From Eledone cirrhosa (taxonomy: Eukaryota): 64,000 bases of DNA. Each line of letters starts with the position of its first letter. The first letter of the stretch is position 1. The translations under genes and the position numbers were made by a program. The stretch covers positions 12,400,001 to 12,464,000 of the forward strand of contig OZ024743.1 of assembly GCA_964016885.1 (NCBI GenBank). The letters run 5' to 3'. Below, one piece after another: positions 1 through 15,400 of this stretch. The notes below the pieces were generated by a model, which saw nothing but the letters and a program-made list of their open reading frames with translations, did not search any database and was not told the DNA's origin.

Positions 1-378
1 CATGGATGGAGTGTTAGAAAATGGGAGATGCGTAGAAGGGGGAGGGATGTGGATGAAGGGTGGGATGTTAAGATGGGGGGGGTAGTGCATACAAGATGTA
101 TGCTTCAACCTGTGCTCATGGAAAGGCATACCTTCTGTATACAGCATAATGCCAGAGATCACAATCCTGTGTCATTGCCTTCAAGAGGTGTCATTGTGCA
201 AGGTCAGCTTTAATCACCTCATCCCAAGTCTTCCAGGGTCTTCCTACTCCATAGCTTCCATCAACTTTGAGTATTCTACACCCTTTTAAACAGCTGTCAT
301 CCTTCATACGTATCACATGTCCATACTAATACAATCTCCTCTCATGTGCACTGCCTCTGATCCCTCTTATGCCTAATT
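1..378 (-). mobile_element. RTE LINE 3' fragment
   Basis: Reverse strand encodes KLGIRGI...YGHVIRMKDDSC...GRPWKTWDEVIKADL, matching 60668-60850. Confidence 0.85.
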
Positions 379-1360
379 TACTTGCAATCACTGATGCTAA
401 AAAGAAGGTAGCATAGAAATTCCACAATGAAGGACTACTGAATGAGAAGAATGAATGGGAAGAAGGTAGTTTGCTCCAAGTTCACCTAAAAGAGGGACTA
501 GCTGTGCAAGTCAGCAGTAGTATAGTAAGGCAATCAAGGATATGAAGACAGGCAAAGCAGCTGGGTCTTCGGGGATAGTTGCTGAGATGCTGAAAGCATC
601 TGGAATGGTGGGTCACACCTTAACCACTCATATTGTAATCCATGTAATACAAAACGGTGTCATACTCAGTGAGTGGCATAGCAGCATGACCATCAGCTGC
701 TACAAGGGCAAAGAAAATGGTCTGGACAGAGAAAATTATAGAGGCATCAAGTTGATTGACCAGGTCACAAAGATCACAGAAAGAATGATAGCACAGCTAA
801 TCAGAGACCAAGTTAACCTAGATGAGATGCAGTTAAGATTTGTGCTAGGAAAAAGTACCACTGATGCCCTCTTCCTTGTGAGGCAACTGCAGAAGTACCT
901 ATCTAAAAGCAAATCCCTTTACTTAGAGAACAAGAGAAGAAATTCTGAATCTGGAACCAAGGCCTAGAATCTAAAGGTCTTAAAGTCAACTTGGCAAAGA
1001 CCAAAATCCTAGTATGTAGAAAGGAAAACAGAGCCAAAATTCCCCCAGGGAAATGGCCTTGCTCGGTGTACAGGAATGGAGTAGATAGAAATTCTGTCCT
1101 ATACTTCAAATATAAACTATGGGTACACAAGTGATGTAGTGGGATTTCAGGTAGGTTAGCAAAGAATGCAGGTTATTGTAGAAGTGAAGTAAGTATTAAC
1201 AGCCCACAGGATACTAGCTCTTTTAAATGCCCAGAGAACTCGGTAAAAGTAGTTGATAGTTTCTGTTACCTGAGCAACCAAATTAGCAGTGAATGTGGGT
1301 ATTTCAAAAGTACTGTAGCCAGAGTGAGAACAGGATAGAGAAAGTTCAGAGAGCTACTAC
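379..1360 (+). mobile_element. RTE LINE RT fragment (inverted relative to 1-378)
   Basis: MKTGKAAG..GIVAEML..NYRGIKL..KSTTDALF; homologous to about 59149-60460; stops and deletions. Confidence 0.88.
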
Positions 1361-2522
1361 AGAAATATTACATATCCATTGAAGCATGTTAGCTTCATTT
1401 CCCTCCAGCCTCCACATATCATCTGCTTTTACTGCAACCAAACACTTCATAGTATTCTAATGTGGGACACACTCAAACTTTATAGATAACCAGTAGTGAG
1501 CAGCTGCTGAAGTAAATTCTAGCTCTAGTACTTGGTTCTTCACATTTGCAAAAATTAATGTTAGGAAAACCAGACATCTCAATTTTATTTCTTTGTTACT
1601 ATCATTTACCATACAAGCTGTTTTTACAGTAAACACAAATATTGCCAACAGGTAACTTGTAGGTAATCAATATTGTTTGCAGCCACCAGCACCAAACTTA
1701 CAAAAATAATTCATGTTTGTGATACTACATTCAATACACTTCAATACCAAAACATTAGTTAGTTTCTACAGTTAAGCCTTATCTTCTGCAGATCAACCAT
1801 CACCATCACTATTTGCCTTCAGCTAATTTAAAGCCAATCACAATTTTGTTTGTCACAGTGAGGCTGCCAATATAACGCCTGTTTGGCAATTTCCATTACA
1901 CACAACCACAGTACATGTCCAATCCATCACTTCCAACTTCCATTTACATTATCAGCAGGTGATATTTTCTCCTGGCTGTACATGGAATTTCAATATTATC
2001 AATATGACTGAAATAGTTAATCTTCCATTTGTGAAGAAAAAAAAAGAAGAAAAATTAAACATTGATGTATTAGTTAAACTAACCTGACACTTTTCAAAGT
2101 ATGAGGTCAAAATAGTGGTTATTTCTTTTTTATTTTAAGGTTTCTAATGTCAATTCTTCCATAGTACCATGGGTTGGAAAGTGATGCAAATTTAGAATTT
2201 TCACTTTTTGTTGTAGCAATTATTTCTAAAATTTGAAAACTCTTTTTTAGAAGATTTTATTATTACGATAGTGGGAAGGTAGTTCTTCAATTAGGATATA
2301 AGCATTGTTTATATTAACAATTGTGATTGTTATTATTATTATTATTATTATTGTTAAACGTTGTTGATGATGATAATGATGAAGGCAGAAGTTCACTTTA
2401 CCTTTCATCCTTACAGGATCGATAAAATAAAATACCAGTAATGTACTGGGATAACTGTTGGCCTTGTGCCAAAAAGTAAAAACAATTATTATTATCATTA
2501 TTACTATTATTATTATCATCAA

Positions 2523-2745
2523 GAGTGGTGGATTGGCAGCATTGGTAGAGCATCGGACACCATGCTTTTCGGCATAGAGTTACAGCCCTTTATGTTCCGA
2601 GTTCAAATCCCGCCGGGGTTAGCTATGCCTTTCATCCATACGGAGTCAATAAAATAAAGCACCAGTAAAGCATTGGGGTCGATTTAATCAACTTTCCCCT
2701 CCTCCCAAATTGCTGACCGTGTGCCTAAAGTAGAAACAATTATTA
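2523..2745 (+). mobile_element. tRNA-derived SINE, family A
   Basis: A-box-like TGGCAGCATTGG, B-box GAGTTCAAATCC, central GCCTTTCATCC...GTC(G/A)ATAAAATAAAG(T/C)ACCAG, (ATT)n tail; partial copy just upstream at about 2385-2490. Confidence 0.8.
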
Positions 2746-3751
2746 TTATCATCATCCTCATCACCATTTCCCATCTATTTTCTATGCTGCCATAGGTTAG
2801 AAGGGCTGTCATGTACTGAGATTTGACAAGTCAGATGACTTGCTCATACATTCCATTTTGGCATGGTTTCTATGGCAGGATACCCTTCCTAAAACCAGCC
2901 AATTTACAGCACATATAGGGTTCTTTTTATCATGGCACCAGCAGTATTATTTTATAGAGTGGGCTGGGTGAATTTTATTGACACCAGCACTACCACTTTT
3001 ACAATTCTATAGCATATTTTTTTCCCTCACCCAGGCTGGAAAAGGTAGCATTAGGGTTGGGATATAGCATGTAAAATGAGAGTGGAATGGGGGTGGGCTG
3101 GCAAGCTGCATGTTGCTTGCTGAGAGATGGAGTGATCTGACAATATTTACAATATTATAGAGTAAAGATTTTATTTTCTAATATGATGCAGTAATAGTGA
3201 TGTTTTGTATTTTTCAAGAATACCTTACCATGCTATACAAGACATTAATAGTTTAAAATGGTTCAATATAGTGAATAACTTAAATTTTGCAATTTAATAT
3301 GCTAGAAAAGAAGCTGGAATAGTTATAGCTAGAATTTTATCACTCCAGACAGATGATAAAGTTTTTCACAGAAACCCATATAAGCTCAATAACATCATCA
3401 ACATTATCACCATCACCACAACAACCGCTACAGACAACACCCTCATCATCACAGCAACACTACGAACAGCATAATAAATCTGATACCCATTACACCTAGC
3501 AGAGAGAATAACAATGAAGATATGAAGATATGAAGAGATAAACAAAATAGAGAAGTTGAAGATATGATTTCAATTCCTAGTGAGGGTGGGAGATATGTCA
3601 CTTCATTTACATCATTAAAGTTCTTGGAGAAAATGAGAACATCATCAAATCTCTAAAATTTCTCTATTGTTCTATAAATCTGAGGAGACATCTGTGTCTA
3701 AATAAAAAATCTGTAGATTAGAATAAAAAATGATAACCAATAATGACTCAC

Positions 3752-3848
3752 TTGTTTAAGATGTGTAAGTTGCTTTTGAGGAAATCCTTGAAGTCTTTAA
3801 CCTCTGGATCTGATAAGACAGCACTGTACATTTTCTCCATATTTCTAC
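3752..3848 (-). CDS. TEP1: TEP1-like exon (RNMEKMY...FKDFLKSNLHILN)
   Basis: AG/GTGAGT; phase 1/2; next exon not found in the window. Confidence 0.85.
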
Positions 3849-5972
3849 CTGCAAAAATTACATGTAGCAGTTGTTTTATCATAAATAGGGTTGTTGTTGT
3901 TGAGGAGGAGGAGGAGGAAAGCAGTGGATTGGCAGTTATGGGTCAGTAAGTGTGAGTGAATGTCCCACAGGTGATACTCTCCACTTTTTCTGTCTCTAGG
4001 AGCTTCTATGAGGAACTTGTTCAACTACTTTTCATAGTCAAAAACCTACATTGAAGCAGTTACCTTTAACCCTTTAGCATTTAAGCCGGCCATATCCGGC
4101 CAGAATTCTCTCCCCTCTTTCTGTTCAAACCAGCTGTAACTGGCCACTCATACTGACATTAAGGTATTGTTCACAAAATAAATAATAACATCATCAAAAT
4201 CTCATACAATCCTTATTATGTGAGATTATTATGTTAGATAAAGCCTTTACCCTGAAAATATAATAGTAAAGTAATCTAAATGCTAAAGGGTTAAGCTAAC
4301 ATACATTTAAAGTTCGTAATTTGCTCAACGCTTCATAAAAAAATTGATTTATTATTATTATTGTGTTTTCCCTAATGAAGGTCAAATGCCCGATATGTTG
4401 ACTATGTAACTCACTCTTTTCTTCTTCCAAGCATGAAACTAATACACTTCTTGTTATTGCATCCTCTTGTTTGTTCGTTTTATGTTTCCTTGATATATAT
4501 ATATATATATACAGGGTGCAGACGATATTTGTTTGCAAGATTACTGTCTAGGAAAAAATAACACAGTAGTTTTATTTTTTAAGATTTATTTATCAAACGT
4601 GGGTCAGTTTGTCTTCATGACTTGTTCTTTCGATCTCACTCGATAAACCCGCCATTGGCTTTGATGACAGCCTCAAGGCGGCCTCGGAGCTGGCTACAGG
4701 CCTTCGTCACTGTCCCCCGACTTAGGCCCCTAAAGGCACTTGTGATCCTGGCCTTCAGATCGTCTTTCGTATTGCAGCTAGATCTGTTGGTGTCTCGTTC
4801 CACTGCGCCCCACACAAAGAAGTCGAGGGGGTTGCAGTCAGGCGAGCTGGGAGGTCAGATGTCAGGTGAAATGTGGTCGACGAAGTTCTCTGACAGCCAG
4901 GCTTCGGTCTTTCGGCTGGTATGGCAGGGCGCTGAGTCTTGCTGCCACATGTACGGCCTACCTGCAGCTACCTGGGCGATCCAGGGCTCTACTACCTCAC
5001 TCAGAATGCGGATGTAGCCATCGGTATTCAGCTTGAGGCCCTCAGGGAAGGAGTGAGGTGGCATGACGTCACTTTGACTGCTGATGACACCTAAGACCAA
5101 TGTTGTCGCTGGAAACTTTGTCTGCATGACTCTGGGCACGTCTTTGGATGAGACAGAGAGCCACCTGTTGTTTTGGGAGTTGATCTTCTGGTCTTGGCAG
5201 AAGTTTTTCTCGTCGGAGAAAAACAACAGCATGTCTGGCTCCAGTGGGTGTTTCAACTTGTTGATCAGCTTCTTTGCGTGCTTCAGTCGCTTTTCTTGCA
5301 TCGCTTTGACAGAAATTGTCCTTTCCTCATCTTGTATGAAACGCAGCGAATGTCTTCATGTACCACCAGCCTAATGAGCTTTTCATCCACGCCCTTCTCC
5401 CTTGCAATAGCATGCATCGACTTGCTAGGTTCATTGTTGATGATATCCTGAACTTCAGCGATGAACTCGGGCATTCTGAAGGCATCAGATCGTGTTTTCC
5501 TCTCTGATGTTGCTTCGTAGTCGAATCCTGAATCTTCCAATTCCTTTCTGACCTTTTCCACCATTCTCCTGAGAAAGTCTGAAATTTCCTTATTTGTCCT
5601 CCCGGCGCGGATTCCAAGAAGAACTCCATGTCTCTTCCACAAATTTGGAGGTTCAAAATTATTCATAATCAATTATTCTGAAAATAAATAATGGAAATAT
5701 AGTCACTGTTTTTATGAAGACAAGAGTGACAACAGAAGTAAAAAAAATTTGCATCAAATTAGCAGTTGAAAATTACGAATAAATATTGTCCACACCCTGT
5801 TTATATATAAAACAAAGCAAGTGTGGTAAGAAACCAGGTGGACCATAATGCACCAAGTACTCAATACTTAGGGTTGTAAAGTGGGTAATAGGAAAAGAGT
5901 CAGGACCCTTGAACTTTGGATCTAGCTGTCGAAACGGCCGGAGCTTAGCCGATGGGGTCCAGACACTTTTCC

Positions 5973-6024
<52 letters not shown>

Positions 6025-9000
6025 CACACACACACAAATATAATGGGGGGGGGGGGTGCATGGTATGTGTCTGTGTGCATGTATGTGGTGGTATGTGCAT
6101 GTGATATAATTTAAATCAAATGGAAGAAACAGTTCCAATTTACAATCCTTTGCAGTTTCACCTGGCAAATTTCAAATATTATTTTTAAGAGCAATTGTAA
6201 AAATATTGTTTACATAACCCCAAAAATGGAAGTATGGCCATAGACATTAATGTATAATAAAGAGGAGGCTGAACAGAAAAGAGAGTGGAGATTAGAGCTG
6301 TGTAATAGTTTCATTTAATATTAAATGAGTTAGCTGAGAATAGACAAAGTGATTGCATGTAGTAAAAATATGAAAAATAAGGTAAGAAAAACAGAATAAA
6401 ATGTTTTTATATTAAACATTGTTATATCTTCCAAATTATTCACAATTTCAAATTTACTGCCATGCCTCAAAAAGTAACTAAATACTCAAACAGCATCAAA
6501 CCAGATTGAAAAATATGTATGTTTTGTTTTTCTTTTCATCTTCAAATTTGCCTAAAAATGTAACCCTGTCAAGTTAACCCTGGAATAAATTTGCACTTAG
6601 AACTGGCAGGAGATCATGGCTATGACTAGAGGTATTTTACTCCCACAATCTCTAACAGTCTGATCACTTCAGCTATAACTTTGTACTATATCATTTCTCT
6701 GTTTGCTTTCTCTAACTCTTTAGCATTTGCATTACTCTATATTTACTATTGTACTTTCGCAGTAAAGGCTTTATCTCACATAATGTCGAATCTATAAAAT
6801 TTTGATATTATTTATTTTGAGAACAATACCTTAACGTCAGTATGAGTGGCCAGTTACGGCCAGTTTGAACAGAAAGAAGTGAGAGAATTCTGACCAGATA
6901 CACCATGTTTAAATCTACTTTCTTTGACAAGATAGGAAGAAAAACATGTTTTTATCTAAGCAATGTAGTGGCTTTCAAGTTTATTCACAATTACAAAATA
7001 AGTTAAATAAATTAAATAAAACAGAATACCATAAAATAGGATAAAGTAAAGGAAATTAGATGAGAAGTGTATAAAGATATTCCACATATAATTCACATAC
7101 TCACACATACATAATTTACATTGTAAAAAAACTGTATTATGTGAGAGTAATTAGAATGTGCACATTGGGGATTTATAGAAAACAGTTGGTAATGTGTCAA
7201 TTGTCTGAATTATAGTATGTTCAACTATTAGTTTATGGTTTATTTATTATGTGATGTCTAGTAGAGCTAGATTAGTTGTTTAGTTGTGTTACATTACTGC
7301 TATCTTACTATGCATAATGCATTAGTCTAATTTGAAATTTTGGAAGAGTAGGACAAATTCACACTATAAACCAAATTCATAATACAATATTAATGCAACT
7401 TAAACATATTCTTAATCCTAATTTAAAACGTTTTTACTCTATATTACGAATTGGCAGTATCGGTAGAGGGTTGGACGCCATGCTTTCTAGCATAGTTACG
7501 TCCCTTTACAGTCTGAGTTCAAATCCTGCCGAGGTTAACTTTGTCTTTCATCCTTACGGGGGTCGATAAAATAAAGTACCAGTAATGTACTGGGTAATTG
7601 CTGGCCTTGTGCCTAAAGTAGAAACAATTATTACTGTGTCATGGCGGTGGATTGGCAGTATCGGTAGAGGGTTGGACGCCATGATTTGCAGCAAAGAGTT
7701 ACGGACCTTTATGGTCTGAGTTCAAATCCTGCCAAGGCTAACTTTGCCTTTCATCCTTACGGGGTCGATAAAATAAAGTACCAGTAATACACTGGAATAA
7801 TTGCTGGCCTTGTGCCTAAAGTAGAAATAATTATTACTGTGTCATTTCAACATCCAACATTCAAATTTATAACAAAACTCTATAAGGTAGTCACACTGGT
7901 GCCATAACAAAAAAGCACCGAGTCTACCCTGTAAGTTGGGAGTTCTGGTGTCACAAAAAAAAAGCTCCAAGTACATGCTGTAAAGTGGATGGCATTAAGA
8001 AAGGCATTTGTAGAAAACCAAGCCAAAATTTGATTGTACAAGTGAGATGTGATCACTCAACTTGTTAAATCACATAATGTGACAGTCTATCTAACCCATG
8101 CAAGCATGTAACATAGGCATTAAATGGTGAGGATGATATATCACCTCAACAATATATAAATATTTTAATATAATCCCTTTGCCTAAAATACTAGATCAGG
8201 ATTTGAATCTATTTCTCAAATTTTAACTTTCTATGTTAAAATTCAAACTTTATTGGCTTCAAATTTAAATTTATGAATTTCACTATTAGTACAATACACT
8301 CAACCTCTTTGAAATAATGCATTAGCTTTAAACACCCTCATCTTATAATGAGAAAACAAGTTAAATAATTAACAAATGTAATATCACCAGCCTAAATATG
8401 CTAGACATTAAATGATAAATAAAGCACAAACTAACTGTTGAGTATACTTAGAATTCAGACAACTGAATTTTATTGACTGTTTTCTATAAAGCCAAAAACA
8501 TACATTACAATTACTATTGCATATTGATACAATGTACCATCTTGCAAGTTATGTATCAGTGAGTCTAGAGTGCCTGAGTAGATGTGGCACATGAGCAGCC
8601 AGCTCCAAAGAGCAGATGCTACTGAAGTGGTGTTAAAACAGGCAGAAAGAGAAGACAGCATATCAGTTTGAGCTACTTGGAGAACTTGGGACAGTAAATT
8701 TTAGTTGTGTGTTAGATGTGGAAGGAAATATCTTTGAATGGTTTTAGAGACCTGCCTAGCAGTTTCTTATGGTTGAAAGGTGGAGCACATGCACTGCCAA
8801 GTATAGTAAACATCAAACAGGTGGACCTCCAACAAGTCAGGAGACTTGAAGTGCTGCAGTGTTCAGGTGTTTGGAGAGCAAATTAGAATGTTAGAATGCT
8901 TTACAGTATTCATACTGGCTCTCTGCACTGAGTTAAATGCTGCCAAGATAAACTTTGCCTGTCATCATTTTGAGTTTGATAAAAAGTACTGGGTTCAATT

Positions 9001-11848
9001 CTTCCATTATGTCTCATTTTCATTTCCTCTCTTTCTCTGGAAGAAATCAGCTGTGTTCAAACCTGGAAAGGGAATGGGTTCTACCAGGTTTAAAAAATGA
9101 CTAAGATAAGTTATATGTCACAACGGCACCCCTATGACTCCATAAGGAGTTACAGTCCAGCCATCCTTTCCTCCATCCATACATACAGCCATCTATCAAA
9201 ACATATACACACAATATATATAAGTGACTTACTTTGTATAAAACAAGGTGAATAATACTCAAGCAATATGGAGCCCAGCCCAAATATACACATAGAATGT
9301 ATAAAGTTTAAATTTGTCAATATATCTTTAAACTGAGAGAAAAGTTCTGCAGATATCTGAAGAAGAAAGAAATTAAACATAGGAATAAAAAGTTTGGCAA
9401 AATAAAAAAGAAAAAAGAAACATTTAAGACAAATATTTTCAAAAATATATTTAAGTAAGGAGTGAGACAATAAAAATGTTAAAGCATCAGAAAAATATAT
9501 CTTACTTTATTTAGCCTTATTCCTCTAAACTCTATGTTTATATCCTACTAGGTTTTATTTTGTATCACAGTACTTTGATTATATCAAAGATGTATGGCTT
9601 TCAGCAACTATAAATTATTTGTTTTAATTAGAATTTCTCATCTGAGAAAACTTCTCCACTTTTTCATCAAGACAGCAAAGGGAACCTTTGTGTGGCTTTT
9701 CGATTTGTTAAAGATAACCACCAATTCTCCCTATCTCTGATTAGACATTAATAAATGTTGGAACTAGTTATATTGGTTTTTATTCTGACTACAGAAACAT
9801 GTGATTTAACCACATTGTTAACTTTTACTTCATTGTATCATTAGGTCTACAAAAAAATGGGATAAAAATAAAATAATAATGAAAACTATTATGTACAGTG
9901 CTCAGGTGCACTACAATTTATCAAAGGTGCATGTATGGTACATAGAATAATGTACAAATGTCAGGAAAGTGAACAGTGTATGAGTCATGATATACACACA
10001 GATACACACACACACACATGAGTGTGTGTGTATGGAGGGGGAATATTATGTGTAATGTTGGTGAATTTCAGGAAGCATGGCAGTTTTGAAGGATGCAGTG
10101 TCCTGACAGCTAACAACTGATGCAGATAGTTCATTCCATGCTTCAACAACTCTGAACATAAAAAAATGTTTTTAAAAAAATTCTCAGATTGACTTTCATC
10201 ATAGGTATGCTTAATCAGGTCTGACCTGGATCTAAATAACAACTACAACATGTATGATTCTAAGTCAACAAGCAAGTCTCTACACCATGAGTTGACTTGC
10301 TAAAAATAGTATCTGAAACTCCTTCATGTACGCTCCCTACAGTATTAGAAAAGGAAAGGACACTTTCAATAATGTGTTATGGTTACACTGTCTGGATTAA
10401 AAATATGGAGCTAAGCAACATCAATAACAAAAATGAGCCCAATAAAGAGCATATGTGGTTTGTGATCAACTAGGCTGCTAGAACCGGCAGTTAAATTTCC
10501 CTCAAATCATATGTGAGCAGCTTAGAAACATAAAGGTACACATTTCATAATTTAGTTCTAAATATTTTATGTTACAAAATTGTTTTTGTTTTTTTTTTAG
10601 TTACAGTAGGAATGGCTGCAACCATGGCCCTTTTCAGGGTCTCCATAACAGTTGGAAGGATGTTATCCAGAGCCCAGAGTTCTGGACTACATAGACTCTG
10701 TTAAAGGTAACTAAATGCCAGATGGGAGTGTTAAAACTGACAACAGGATGGGGTAGAGACAGCTGGAATAGCTTTAACCATAGGTCTGTTTGATAAGGAC
10801 TGACTGAGAGCTAAGCCACCACCACAACCAATAACAACACAAAATTAACAAAGAAGCCTCTACCTGGATCTAAACAACAACATGGAAGGAATTAACATTT
10901 CTGCAATAATTATGATATAAAACATACAAACCTACAGTCAGTAGGCACCTCTTAACCCAATATACACCCCATCCCACACACCCTAACCCATCCTACCATT
11001 TCCATCTACGGTGTCGGTGACACAACAAAAAGCACCCAGTATACACTGTAAAGTAGTTGTATAGGAGACACGGTAAAAAGGCTCCCAGTCCACACTGTAA
11101 AAGTGGTTGGTGTTAGGAAGGGCATCCAGCCATAGAAAACCTGCCAAAGACACTTCCGTATGAGCAAGACACGGTCTCCCGACCAATCCCTTATCAAATG
11201 GAACAAAACCATCTAACCCATGCTAGCGTCAAAGATGGACGTTAAATGATGATGATGATGATTTTAACAAGCAGGAATAAACACTTACCAAATGATAAGG
11301 TATTACAGCTAAAGCATGTTTGTCTTTTCCAATCCAAGAGCCATCCAAATGGCAATCAGCATTCTGATAATAATAGGCTGAAATATCAACAACAGTAAAT
11401 AATGACATCATATACATGTTTGGGTACAAATGAAAGAAAAAGGTACTCAACACATAATGCAGAAGTTGAGAATATATATATTAACAGCTTGACTTATTTT
11501 TGCATTATCAAATGATTTCATGTTCATAGATATGACCAACTCTTTCAGATGCAATCAAAAAATAAGTGAAGCTTGAAATGGAGAAGCTGGTGAAGTGACA
11601 ATTGAGAGTTATTTCTCTGTAAACAGTGTTCTGAAGTTGAAGATAAGGTGGTTCTCTGGTGATATGAAAATGTTAGGTTGGTTTTCCTGTTGATGGATAT
11701 AATGGGTGGTTGCAATATGTGCAACCTCTTGCGAATGCAAAGTTGGCAATAATGACCCCAAAGCAGAAAGGGTGTGCCCTGCATAAAATACTAGTAACCT
11801 CAACTTTCAGTGACACATGACTCGATATATATATATATATATACACAC

Positions 11849-11893
<45 letters not shown>

Positions 11894-12445
11894 TACATAT
11901 GGTAGTGAGACATGGACAGCAACTGCAGAGGATATGCGATGGCTGGAGAGAAATGAAGCAAGCATGCTCCGTTGGATGTGCAATGTCAATGTACGTGAAT
12001 GACCAAGCATAGATGAGTTGAGAAAGAAACTGGGTATAAGAGGGATAAGTTGTGGTGTGCAGGAGAGAATACTGAGATGGTATGGACATGTGATGTGCAT
12101 GGAGGATGACCGCTGGATAAAGAAGTGCCAATAAATCCCAGTAGAAGGAAGACACAGTAGAGGAAGACCACAAAAAACATGGGCAGAGGTGGTGAGAGCA
12201 GACCTCAGATCGCTGAAACCTATGGAGGAGATAATGAAGGACTGTGACAAGTGGAGAGATGTTATGCTGAATAGGACCCGTCCCACCCTTGCAAGCATGG
12301 AAAAGCAGACGTAAAATTATGATGATGATGATATATATATACATACACATATATAATGCCACACACACATACATCTACAAATATATATAAAATTAGAATT
12401 TTATTTCTCATTCTAACATTTTATATACACACACACATCACATAC

Positions 12446-12481
<36 letters not shown>

Positions 12482-15400
12482 GGGTGGGGACGACATGCAG
12501 ACAGATAGAGATAAAGAAAGATTTAATATCCATTTTCAATGGCAAAAACTGTTATATGAAAATGATACATTTCAGTACTTCAAAAACAATAAAAAAAAAG
12601 ATTTGATATAATTATTTTATATCTTACCTGATAAAATTTGATGGTAATATTTTTCTGACTCGGTTTTCAAATATCTGTTCTGAATTGCTGTTCTTAGCAG
12701 TTTATAATTGATACGTAAAGATCCAGATCTAAAAAATAATATTTCAAAGAGATTAGGAAAATGTAATACCAACTAGACAATAAGAAGGCTTCTTTTAAAT
12801 TTTTGTCAAGAGACCGTAAAACCTGATAAGAAACACATATTTTGGAATATCTATATAACGTATATCTTCACTAGCAGTGTAATATGTCAATACCCAAAAC
12901 CTGTGTTAAGCTAATCAATTTTCCTGTCCACAGATTCCATATGCAGCTGCTATTCAGTATATTAAGCAGAGGGAGCACTGTATACGTGGGAGAACGTTTT
13001 GTTACCTTGCAGTACTTAATTTAAATTATCTTGTGTGCATAGTTTGAAGGAAAGAAGATGAAAAAAACACTGCTTTATAATAGATACAATACACAAAGAA
13101 AAGGATCTCTTATAAGTGTCCTTACACTTCAAAAAGTTATGGTACATACATTCATAACAATCTAATTTGATGAATATTTTAATATTTTGGTGTTTTCATC
13201 TTTTTATCTCTCTAAAATAAGCTTCTCTTTCTATATTAATCCTTCCCTCTCTACAAGTGTATTCTATTTAAAACCAGCCTTCTTTCTCTACACTACACCA
13301 GGACATTTTTTTATCCAGGACATAACCTCTCCCTAATAAAGATAGGGTACACTCTGCTAATAACGGTTTCTGATTTAGCACAAGACCAAACATTTTGGGG
13401 AGGGAAAGTCGATTAAATCGACCCCAGTACTTTACTGGAGGTTTATTTTATCAACCTAGTAAAGATGAAAGGCAACGCTAACCTCGTCAGGATTTGAACT
13501 CAGAATGTAAAGGGATGTAAGTCTAGGTTGTGAAGTATGATGTCTGACACTCTACTGATACTGCTAATCTATCATCCTAACACTCTGCTAATAATAACAA
13601 TAATAATCATCATCCTTTTATGTCTATTTTCCAATGCTTTCATGGGTTAGACAGGTTCTTTTCAGTACAGCTTTCCTCTACTAATTGAGTTGCTTTGTCA
13701 TCTCATCTGTGAGGTCAGCATCTTAAGATCAACTCTCACCATCTCTGCCCATGTCTTCTTTGTTCATCCTCTCTTGCAGTTTCCCTCCACTGAGATCTCT
13801 TGAACTTATCAAACACAAGCAGGAGTTTTGATTGAACAGAGTTGACTGGAACTACCCAATAGCAATAACTGTCACTATTCTGCTTTATTTTATAGATCCA
13901 GTTTAGCTGAGAATATGTTGCATTCCTACTTCAGTTTAATCAACCTTAGAAAGAACCGAAACTTTTTTTATTAAAGCATGTTAATATTTGATCTTACAGA
14001 ATTATCCAACCTTGGTTAACAGAGCAAAAAAAAAAAATGGATACGACTACATTTTCTTTTTTAACTAATTCATTTCATTAAGTCAGATAATATTCAAATT
14101 TGTCAAGGCAATTCAAACTGTTCTTACCTCAAATATGTTTCTCCAAAATTGAGAAAAGAATAGAGAACATAATGTAATCGAACAGATTTGTGTTTAGGTA
14201 TAAATCCTTGAAAATTATTCAGATTCTGAAAAAGCAGTGGGTTGTTCAAATCTATACCAAATCTGTCTTCTACAGAATCTTTTTTGATAACCATGCAAAG
14301 ATTGAGAAGATCAAACAGCTCTGATGTCAAAAGACCTGTGTAATCAACAAAAGGATAATGTTAAATATAAACAAATAAAAATCGTGTTATTCAAAATATC
14401 TATTTATATCTAAATAAATTCAGCAAATAATTTTTTTTATTTATTTGAATAAACTTATAGCATCCATAAAAATAAAACCACATTCTCAACTTAAGTGTTG
14501 TAAAGTTAAAATTAAATTCAATTAATAATCTAATTTGCATAAATTTATACCATAAGAAGATTTATAAAAATACTTTATATATACATAGTAAATTATATCA
14601 AATATGATGGCAAAAGGAGATGAGAAGAAAAAGAAAAAAACCATGAAATAAATGTTTTAAAACAGAATTGTGGTAAGTACAAGGCAGAACAATAGAACCT
14701 AGAAGTGAGTATAGAATAAAAATTAATGAAAACTGGAGTGGGAAGGAGAATATACAAAAGGAGTGAAAGAGTGTGTGAGAGGGAAAAAGAGAGAACATTA
14801 AAGAAGGGAAATGAGAGAGAAAGGGAGGATAATGGAGAGAGAAAGAAGAAAAAAATGAGAGATGGAGAAGAGAAAGAGAGGGAATGAAAAAGAGGAAGAG
14901 ACAGAACAAGGGAGAGAGAGAAGGAGGGATTATGAGAAAGGGAGAGAAAATGAAATTGAGAAAGAGAGAGAAATGGGGAAAGTATGAAGGAAAGAGAGAA
15001 AGCAAGAAAGATAGACAGAAAAAGATATCCGGCATGTTTGTTTTGTAGAATCAAAGCACTTTAAAGGAAAGAATGGAAGGGGAAAAAAGAAGAAATAACA
15101 GCATCTTTTTTTTAAATGAAAGAATAGAAGTGGATTTATTAGTATTTTTAAATTTGTTTCTATTTTCATAACAAATATCTATTTTCAAAAATATATTTCT
15201 TTACTGCAAGCAAAAAACACTTTTAAAGAAATCAATTCAGAATTTTAACAGAATGCAATGGAGAAGGAGGAATAATAATAACAACAACAACAATAATATA
15301 ATAATAATAATAGTAATAATAATAACAATAATAATAATAATTGTTTCTACCTTTGGTACAAGACCAGCTATTACCCCAGTGCATTACTGGTACTTTATTT

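Noticed and set aside
3229-3300. Possible next TEP1 exon (GTAAG donor, minus strand)
   Set aside because: In-frame TAA in the required phase, and no expected YP..QQA motif.
7447-7835. tRNA genes
   Set aside because: A/B boxes belong to multicopy SINE heads; no cloverleaf was seen.
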